DNA of 64,000 bases from a virus. Of this stretch, positions 57,454 to 64,000 are shown in pieces (position 1 is the first letter of the stretch; each line of letters opens with the position of its first letter). Where the stretch lies: IMG/VR virus record IMGVR_UViG_3300049440_000156, positions 3,705 through 67,704 of that record. One strand, written 5' to 3'. The notes below the pieces were generated by a model, which saw only the letters and a program-made list of their open reading frames with translations, ran no database searches and was not told the DNA's origin. Both the position numbers and the translations under genes were made by a program.

Positions 57454-58239
57454 TCAACCTTCCACGTTCAAAATTGCATCATTTTTAAAATCGCTGTACC
57501 AGCCCGGGCCGGCACTCGAATTAAAGATGATCTTCTGTGTGCCGGCCGCAAGAACTGCGTCGTAGCACTCACCGGCATCCGCCTGGAAAGCCGATTCATC
57601 GTTCAGATATCCCCATGGGTGGTACAACCGGATCTTGTTGCCAGCATCTCCCTTGCCTCCGGGAATGCCGAGTATCTTCGATCCGTTGGCAAACTCCAGC
57701 ACCAAGTCTGTCTGTCTATCGATCGCCTTGACCAGCGGGTAAGCCTCTTGCAGAAAGAGGGGCTGGCTGCGGTAAAGCTGCTTGGCGTACCCGACCAACT
57801 CAATGACCTTCAACTCCGTCAAAGTCTGGAATATTTGCAGGCGGTATGGTTCGCGCATCGCTTCCCATGTCAGGTAGGCTACGCATGCCCATGAAGCCAG
57901 CAAGTCGCGGCTCTTCTCGATGAGTACGATAGGTTCCTGCTGGAAGATATCAAAGAGATGGGGAAGGTAGGGCAGGTCTGGAAAGGGTTCGTTCGGTTGA
58001 CGCCCCTGCTCTTTCCAGTAGGGGTTGAACGTCTTTGTGCAATTGCGCGCCCAGTGATAAGGTTCGCGCATAGCCTCTTCCACCTTTGAGGCATTCGCCT
58101 GCAGGTGCAGTTTGAGGCGCTTCCGCTCACATAATTGTAGAAGGGCCTCCCGGCGCAATTCCGAATCGGGATGCGAATCGCTCGGGGACGGTTCCGTCTT
58201 TTGCAAATTGTTCCAGTTCACTGTCGGTAAATCCTTCAA
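57454..58239 (-). CDS. Terminase large subunit, ATPase half (start uncertain)
   Basis: IEKSRDLLASW Walker A variant, FANGSKI, YLNDESAF Walker B, NSS coupling motif. Confidence 0.85.
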   Translation of the reverse strand: MKDLPTVNWNNLQKTEPSPSDSHPDSELRREALLQLCERKRLKLHLQANASKVEEAMREPYHWARNCTKTFNPYWKEQGRQPNEPFPDLPYLPHLFDIFQQEPIVLIEKSRDLLASWACVAYLTWEAMREPYRLQIFQTLTELKVIELVGYAKQLYRSQPLFLQEAYPLVKAIDRQTDLVLEFANGSKILGIPGGKGDAGNKIRLYHPWGYLNDESAFQADAGECYDAVLAAGTQKIIFNSSAGPGWYSDFKNDAILNVEG

Positions 58240-58744
58240 ATTTGTCTGGGTTCTGCGCGCCGATCTTCATGCCAAGAATTTCTGACAGTCCGAGCGCCGC
58301 CCGCACCTGCGCGTTCATGTTCCCGTTGGTCAGGACGTTCGGCATATTGGCCTGTGTCCAGAGCAAGTGCATCACATCGGCCTTAGTGACAGCACGCCGC
58401 TTGCCCAGCTCCTTGGCTTCTGCTTCGGCCGCTTTTAGCGCGGCGTTGGCCAACAGGCTCTGATACTCAGCCATTTCCTTCTTTACTAATGGCCGTTTCA
58501 TCAACATGCAGCCCTTGACGTCAGGATTCTTGTCGTTTGGATAGGCTATCTGTGCGGCCTGGGTCTGCGTCTTTCCTGCCTTCAGTTCCTCGATGAACTT
58601 CCGCAACGCCGGCGTCCACTTCGGTCCTGGCTTGGGGCCGCCCTTCTTCGCTAATTTGTGATCTCCATCATGCTCGAACTTAAGGGTGCAATTCGGATAC
58701 GGGCAATCATCTCTTGTTTTCTTTTTCTTCTTCTTGAACGCCAC
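58127..58744 (-). CDS. Terminase small subunit
   Basis: KFIEEL..GKTQTQAAQIAY...LMKRPLV, VRAALGLSEILGM. Confidence 0.75.
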   Translation of the reverse strand: MAFKKKKKKTRDDCPYPNCTLKFEHDGDHKLAKKGGPKPGPKWTPALRKFIEELKAGKTQTQAAQIAYPNDKNPDVKGCMLMKRPLVKKEMAEYQSLLANAALKAAEAEAKELGKRRAVTKADVMHLLWTQANMPNVLTNGNMNAQVRAALGLSEILGMKIGAQNPDKFEGFTDSELEQFAKDGTVPERFASRFGIAPGGPSTIM

Positions 58745-58754
58745 AACATCACCT

Positions 58755-61700
58755 TCAGTGTTTCTTCTGTTCCTTTTTCTCGTTGATGCCGATCATCTTC
58801 AACAAACTGTCCATCGCCTTTTCGGCATTCGAGTCTTTGCTTTGCCTCATCCAGGGTTGCAGCGGGATGGGTACGGCGCCCTCGCCATGGCTCTTCAGTT
58901 TGTCGGCCAGGGATTCATGTTTCTTGTGGAAGTGCGGATCTTCGTTTTTGAAGACTGCTGACACTGGCGGACTCACACGGTTCTGCAGGAACGTCTTCGG
59001 GTCGGTGGCCGCGTCCATGACGTCGCCCTGGACGGTGCGTAGATGGTATTCCTTGCCGTCATGGACGACGCTGAAGGGCTTGTCCCAATGCGGGTCTTTG
59101 TCCGACATCTCGTTAATGATGCGTGCTGCTGTGTAGAGCACTGCCGCTCCGAGCATGAGAGCTACGAGTTGCTCCCGGCCGTATTTGGTGCCGGCTTGCG
59201 CCACAAACCGCGCGCGGGCTTCCGTGAAGTCTGGAGCCATCAGGAACAGCCGCAACGTGTCCTGTAGCGTCTTGTTGCGCCCCAGCAGGCGGTAATTGAG
59301 GCCTCCGAATGCCGCGTTGGCCTGGCTGGCCGTCAGGAATTGTAGTTGGTCTTCGCTTAGTTCGGGATAGCGCTTCCGGTTGCGTTCTAGTGCCACTTTG
59401 GCCATCTGCATCTTCAACCGCGGCATGTAATCGCGGAAGAGATAATCGACGTAAGTCCTGTAAAGCGGCCCGATGCCTGGTGTTTTCGTTACCAGTCCAC
59501 CAGAAGATAGTCCCTCACCGAAAGCTTCCATTGCGTCGTAGTGCGCCACCATCAGGCCATGATCGACCAATCCTGATTGCACAGGATCGTTCAGATCCAG
59601 CTTCGGCATGTGTCTGGGCCAGACTTTGTGTTCCAGTGCGTGGATACCCAACGTCGTTTGATGAAAGACCGAGAACGATAGGACAAAGCTCTTGATCTCT
59701 GCTGCTGTGTCGAGTGCAAACGCTCCAGGCCTGACGGTCTTGTCGCCGATGGTGATCTGGTAGCGACGCAGAGCCGACGTGCTCAGGTTGTTCTTGAGCT
59801 TCTGGTGAATCTCTGGATGCACCAGGGCATCACCCTGCACAAAAACATTCTTGCCGTCCACGTTGCCGGCCCACTTCCAGCCACGCAGAGCAGGATGGTC
59901 AATCGATTTGTAGTCGGCAAATTCCTCTCCGGCTTTGATGTTCGGCTTAATCACATACGCTGGCTGCTCTTCGCCTATCTCTTTGGCGCTGGCCCAGCTC
60001 GTCGCAACCAGCGGTCGCCCGTCAGAGGCTTCTCCGCCCATAAGGCTCTCGATGTACGCTCGCGCTGCCAGAGCTTCTCGTAGGGACCGCTCGTGTACAG
60101 ACGTCAGGAACCCAACGTCCTTGTCCTTCGGCGTGAAGCCCAACTGCTCCGCGTCGAAGTAGGTCGGCAAGCTACGTTTCTTGCTGAAGCTGGGCTTGGT
60201 CACTAGCGTGTTGAAATTCATCTCCGCGCGGATTCGGGCTGCAAACTTTGGTTTGTCGGCATAGACGTGCTGGATATAGTTCTCTACGCCCGCCTCTAAA
60301 ATCCCAGCCTTGATCGACTCCTGCAGCGTGGCATCATGCAGGTTCATGATGTTCTGGGCTATCGTTTTTTCCGCGTCCGTCAGCTTAAGCGCTGCTTCGT
60401 AGCCGGGCTTAAATTCTTTGTCTGATTTGCCGGCCCGTTCGCGTAGCAGGTCTTCGTCGCCGCTGGCCTCGATCCAGTTCGAGATTGCCTCGCGTGTCAG
60501 CTTCTCCGGCACTGCAGCCTTAATGGCCTTGGTAAAGCGGTAGAGGTCGAGAGCGCTCCGCTGGTCGGCTCCTGACCATTCCCCGGTTGCTTTCTCGTAG
60601 TCACCGGCCTTTGGTGGACGCTTCACGGCATCAGCCAGAGCAGCGAAGCCACCCTTCAGTCTGCCCAGCAGCGACGTTACTTCGTCCTTCGCCCCGGCGG
60701 CTTTCTCCCCAAGGTTAGAGCCGATCCGGATTCGGGACGAAAGGGAGGCGCCAGGCGAGCTCTTGGCAATGGAGTCTGTGAGTTGTTGCATCTCGCCCAG
60801 TCCGGTTTCGTTGTCACTGTATGCCGATTTGCTGCCAGGAACGATGCGTGTAGGATTCTTGATGTATGGAGCAGTAGCTACCTGCTTCTTGATCGGGAAG
60901 CGGTCCAGAAATTGCTTGACCGCCTCCTTGTCCTCTGGCAGATAGAAAAAGCCACCTGACACAGCGTTGTACTTGGCTCCATGTCTCAACACGTCCTGGC
61001 CGCGGTTGGTGTTTGACAGCTTCGCCCCGTCGATCACGACATAACCCTTCCTTTCTCCGCCCTTGCCCATGTAGAGAGTCCAGCCGTTGTCGAGCGGAAC
61101 CTTGTCGCCGGCAACAACATCCTGCAGTGCTGTCTCTGGCGTGTGTTCATAGGCAATGCCTTTGCCGAAAGCCTTGGCGATCGGTTCAATCTGTCCAGGA
61201 CGCAAACGCAATCCCGATATCTGTTCGCCATTCGACCCCGTAAAACTCGTGTACTCGCGGCGCTTGCGGATCACGGTCATACCTTCGGCGGTCTTCTCCT
61301 CGCCACTCTCCAGGTGCGACTGCAGGGCATTCATGTGCTCTGTGACCATGCCAGAGAGAATGCCGGCCCGGTGACCTGATGAATCCTTGATTTCGTAGAG
61401 GTCAAGGTCTGGCCCGAGCTGGTGAACGCGTAATATCTCGCCCTTGGTTTTGCCTGTCTTCTGCGCTTCGCGCGTGGCTACAGCGTCACCGGAATACGTC
61501 TCTTCGCGCTGCTTCCAGAAGTGGTCCCAAATCTGGTTTCCTTCCTCGACGGGAATCAATTGGAGCTGCAGCAGGAAATCGCGGACTCCCACGCCCTCGA
61601 TGGCACTCTTCGGCCTGGCTACGCCGTCCTTGTCGTAGTTCATGAACTGCTTCCCACGGAACTGCTCACGTAGGCCGAGCGGCAGTGTGCGCCACATATC

Positions 61701-64000
61701 ACGGACTACCTGATTATCGATATCGCCACCCAGCTCAAAATGCTCAAGTGCTCCGGTTCCGGTTGATTCAGCCGCACCCTTTGACACCGCGCCCAGCGTC
61801 TTCATGCGGTTAGCAATGGTCGAGATGAATTTCTTTTCAGCAGCGGAGCCCAGTGTTAAGGCTGTGATCTTCGGCGCAGATGCCTGCCCAGAGCGGTCCA
61901 CGCGACCCAGTTCCTGCTTGAAGTTTGTTGCACTCCATTCGTAGTCGGCCAAAATCAAATGCCTGCGACCCTTTGCCCCGCCTGGTGTCTCGGTAACGTG
62001 ATGTAGAGATATCCCTGTTTTACCAGCGCCGCTGATAACGGCGATTTTCCGGATACCCTGCTGGAAGTCCTCCATCATCTGCCGGCGCACCTTGGGCGAT
62101 TCATTGCCGGTGATGACTGACACCTTGTCCTTGCCAAATTCCTTCTGGATCATTGCGATCGGGTCGGGTGAAGGCGGGAACTCCTGTTCGGCTCGTTCAA
62201 TCAGATCGTTCTTAACCGCTACGGCTTCCGGGATTTCACCTAGGTCCGTGACTTCGCCGGTTTCTTTATCCACCAGAACCTTGTTGACGTTGATCTGGTT
62301 GAGCGCTGCGGCCATATAACCTTCGCCGACCTTGGTCTCATTGACGTTAATGACGGAGATTACGGGCTGCTCGCCGCGGGCCAGCGATTCCTTGGCCTCT
62401 TTCATGGCTCTGGTGAGGCGCACGTCGAATAGGCGGCGCTTGGCGGCCGACTGCAGGAATGCAGTGATCCCGAAGCCCCTCCGCATGGCCTCGTTCTCAT
62501 TGGCAAAGGCGTTGAATGCCTTTTCTACCTCGCGCATGTAATTGACGGACTGCCGGTAGGAATCTGATTCTGCTTGAGTGAGTGGGGCTTCCTTTTCGGC
62601 AAACTCTACGCCGCTACGCCAGAGATCACGCGCACCGTATTTGCCTTTCATCTTCAGTTCGCGCATGATCTGCTCCATCTCGGCGGTCGAGACGGTCACG
62701 TGGAACGAATCGCCTTTACTCTGCCCCCACTTCTTGTTCTTCTGGTCCTTTTCTGCCTGCTTCAGCTCTCTTTCCCAGTGGGCGATCATTGCTCGATCGC
62801 CAGTCAGTTTGGCGGCCGCCAGCGACTGCGCTACGCGCGTCACTCTGCCAGTCTTCGATACATCCGCCGAATCGCTGCCAACCTGCTGCGCCAGGTCCTG
62901 CGTTTGGCCGGGCACTGTGCCGCGTTTTTTCTGTGTCTCTTCGGTGCCGTGTCCAGTCTTTCGCGCCACCCAGTCACTGAACCCGTCTAATGGCCATTCC
63001 TTCAGTCCGTAGAGGTATTCCAGATCATCGAGCGTGGTACCTGGCGTTGCCGTGAAATACGCGATCGGCACTTTCCGCTGCAGCCAATCAGCATGCAACA
63101 CCTTCCAAGTCTGGCCTACTCCAGCATCGTCGTTCTTGTAGGTGTGGACTTCATCTCCCAGCACGCCATCAATGCCAAGGTCCTGAATGGCGCGACGGTA
63201 GGGCGTCAGGTTGAACGATTCAACGACGTAGACGGTGTTGTCGGTCTTGGGTACTGGATTGTAGGGCTTGGTGTTTTGCGCGCGCTCTGCGGCCTCTTTA
63301 TAGTCGCGAAGATATATGTACTTGAACGGCAGATTGTCAGTGCCGGCTACGACCTTCATCTCGCTTTCAAGGTCGCGCAGGTTGACTTCGCCTTTGCTGG
63401 TAATCAGGATGCGCTTCGCTTTGCCCTTTTCCAGCCAGTCAATAGCAGAAGCAGCGATCTCGCGCGATTTTCCCAGTCCAACATCGTCCGCCACCATCAA
63501 TGCGTGGCCGCGTTCATTGGCCTGGCCAACGGCTGCAACGGTGTCCACCTGCTCGTCAGAAATGACCTTACGCTTGTGGGCATCGATCACGCCCTTGCTT
63601 GGCTGGTAGTTGATTTCCGGGGCAGGAGCGCCGGCGAGAGAGCGGGTCTCTACAATTTGTCTGGGGTGGGGATTTCCTGAGACTCCGCTGCGCAGTACAT
63701 AAGGAGTAAAGACAGGGCTATGGTTTGCTTCGTCGAACTCTCTGGCCCGTTCTCTGCTAACGTTTTCGGGGCGTAATGCGTGAGTGCCTTGTCGAACCAG
63801 TCGAGGCGCTGTTGCGGGCTGGGACGCACCATCTGCTCCTGGGCTGTCCACCGATTCAGAAACATCTCCCGCGGGAACCACGTTGGCACCCACCCCGGCG
63901 CGCTCGGATCGAACAGACTCAGGGCTTGCTCCTGGTTCGCGCAGTTCGGGTAGTCCTCGCCCGCCGTCAGCTCCGGCAGCGGCACCTTGGGATCGAGCAG
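58755..64000 (-). CDS. Giant polyvalent internal virion protein with Strawberry-notch-type SF2 helicase (DarB-like); 5' end beyond window
   Basis: ADDVGLGKSR, DEVH, TATPG, GKTGISLH, QELGRVDRSGQ; hand check shows the frame open to 64000. Confidence 0.85.
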   Translation of the reverse strand, partial: ARSQGAAAGADGGRGLPELREPGASPESVRSERAGVGANVVPAGDVSESVDSPGADGASQPATAPRLVRQGTHALRPENVSRERAREFDEANHSPVFTPYVLRSGVSGNPHPRQIVETRSLAGAPAPEINYQPSKGVIDAHKRKVISDEQVDTVAAVGQANERGHALMVADDVGLGKSREIAASAIDWLEKGKAKRILITSKGEVNLRDLESEMKVVAGTDNLPFKYIYLRDYKEAAERAQNTKPYNPVPKTDNTVYVVESFNLTPYRRAIQDLGIDGVLGDEVHTYKNDDAGVGQTWKVLHADWLQRKVPIAYFTATPGTTLDDLEYLYGLKEWPLDGFSDWVARKTGHGTEETQKKRGTVPGQTQDLAQQVGSDSADVSKTGRVTRVAQSLAAAKLTGDRAMIAHWERELKQAEKDQKNKKWGQSKGDSFHVTVSTAEMEQIMRELKMKGKYGARDLWRSGVEFAEKEAPLTQAESDSYRQSVNYMREVEKAFNAFANENEAMRRGFGITAFLQSAAKRRLFDVRLTRAMKEAKESLARGEQPVISVINVNETKVGEGYMAAALNQINVNKVLVDKETGEVTDLGEIPEAVAVKNDLIERAEQEFPPSPDPIAMIQKEFGKDKVSVITGNESPKVRRQMMEDFQQGIRKIAVISGAGKTGISLHHVTETPGGAKGRRHLILADYEWSATNFKQELGRVDRSGQASAPKITALTLGSAAEKKFISTIANRMKTLGAVSKGAAESTGTGALEHFELGGDIDNQVVRDMWRTLPLGLREQFRGKQFMNYDKDGVARPKSAIEGVGVRDFLLQLQLIPVEEGNQIWDHFWKQREETYSGDAVATREAQKTGKTKGEILRVHQLGPDLDLYEIKDSSGHRAGILSGMVTEHMNALQSHLESGEEKTAEGMTVIRKRREYTSFTGSNGEQISGLRLRPGQIEPIAKAFGKGIAYEHTPETALQDVVAGDKVPLDNGWTLYMGKGGERKGYVVIDGAKLSNTNRGQDVLRHGAKYNAVSGGFFYLPEDKEAVKQFLDRFPIKKQVATAPYIKNPTRIVPGSKSAYSDNETGLGEMQQLTDSIAKSSPGASLSSRIRIGSNLGEKAAGAKDEVTSLLGRLKGGFAALADAVKRPPKAGDYEKATGEWSGADQRSALDLYRFTKAIKAAVPEKLTREAISNWIEASGDEDLLRERAGKSDKEFKPGYEAALKLTDAEKTIAQNIMNLHDATLQESIKAGILEAGVENYIQHVYADKPKFAARIRAEMNFNTLVTKPSFSKKRSLPTYFDAEQLGFTPKDKDVGFLTSVHERSLREALAARAYIESLMGGEASDGRPLVATSWASAKEIGEEQPAYVIKPNIKAGEEFADYKSIDHPALRGWKWAGNVDGKNVFVQGDALVHPEIHQKLKNNLSTSALRRYQITIGDKTVRPGAFALDTAAEIKSFVLSFSVFHQTTLGIHALEHKVWPRHMPKLDLNDPVQSGLVDHGLMVAHYDAMEAFGEGLSSGGLVTKTPGIGPLYRTYVDYLFRDYMPRLKMQMAKVALERNRKRYPELSEDQLQFLTASQANAAFGGLNYRLLGRNKTLQDTLRLFLMAPDFTEARARFVAQAGTKYGREQLVALMLGAAVLYTAARIINEMSDKDPHWDKPFSVVHDGKEYHLRTVQGDVMDAATDPKTFLQNRVSPPVSAVFKNEDPHFHKKHESLADKLKSHGEGAVPIPLQPWMRQSKDSNAEKAMDSLLKMIGINEKKEQKKH

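Larger units (their letters stand above)
3338..60110. repeat. Dispersed 16-bp palindrome TTCYWGACGTCWRGAA
   Basis: Strong copies start at 3338, 9584, 16173, 24491, 28578, 32168, 33831, 36390, 39392, 45788, 52788 and 56293; weaker ones at 1301, 58512 and 60095. Confidence 0.9.

Noticed and set aside
11-63985. Most plus-strand ORFs in the track (e.g. 10098-10883, 32397-33257, 63093-63680)
   Set aside because: They are antisense shadows of well-supported minus-strand genes in GC-rich DNA, with no recognisable motifs.

Overview
The window is an almost complete genome of a temperate, podovirus-like (P22-type portal, adaptor, nozzle and ejection proteins) dsDNA phage, apparently in excised form, since attP is intact. 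Both window ends fall in open reading frames that look like one giant injected protein with a Strawberry-notch-type SF2 helicase. Nearly all genes are on the minus strand. The early operon (~53.8k to 33.5k) carries a Rad52-like annealase, Gp157, acyl carrier protein, ParB, a replication initiator with iterons, a Fis-like HTH, and ASCH, HD and LexA-like genes. The late operon (~33.2k to 1, continuing 64k to 56.3k) carries a GH108 endolysin, alpha/beta hydrolase, Pth2 with tRNA-like RNAs, signal-peptide-bearing tailspike-like proteins, portal, scaffold, capsid, GroES, a BCS1-like AAA ATPase, ejection proteins, and finally TerS and a split TerL. A host in Acidobacteriota is my inference from recalled small-protein families and is unverified. 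Most notable: (1) a plus-strand cassette of RHH regulator + unannotated 41-aa secreted Cys-loop peptide + multi-TM protein beside the integrase, a candidate peptide signalling system; (2) a plus-strand membrane protein whose tail copies the repeated N-terminal motif of the phage's own ejection protein, a candidate decoy exclusion protein; (3) a 16-bp palindrome TTCCWGACGTCWGGAA found about 12-15 times; (4) an attP made of the 5' half of tRNA-Met, bracketed by a 14-bp inverted repeat that could switch a downstream RBS hairpin. All functional calls come from reading motifs by eye; no searches were run.
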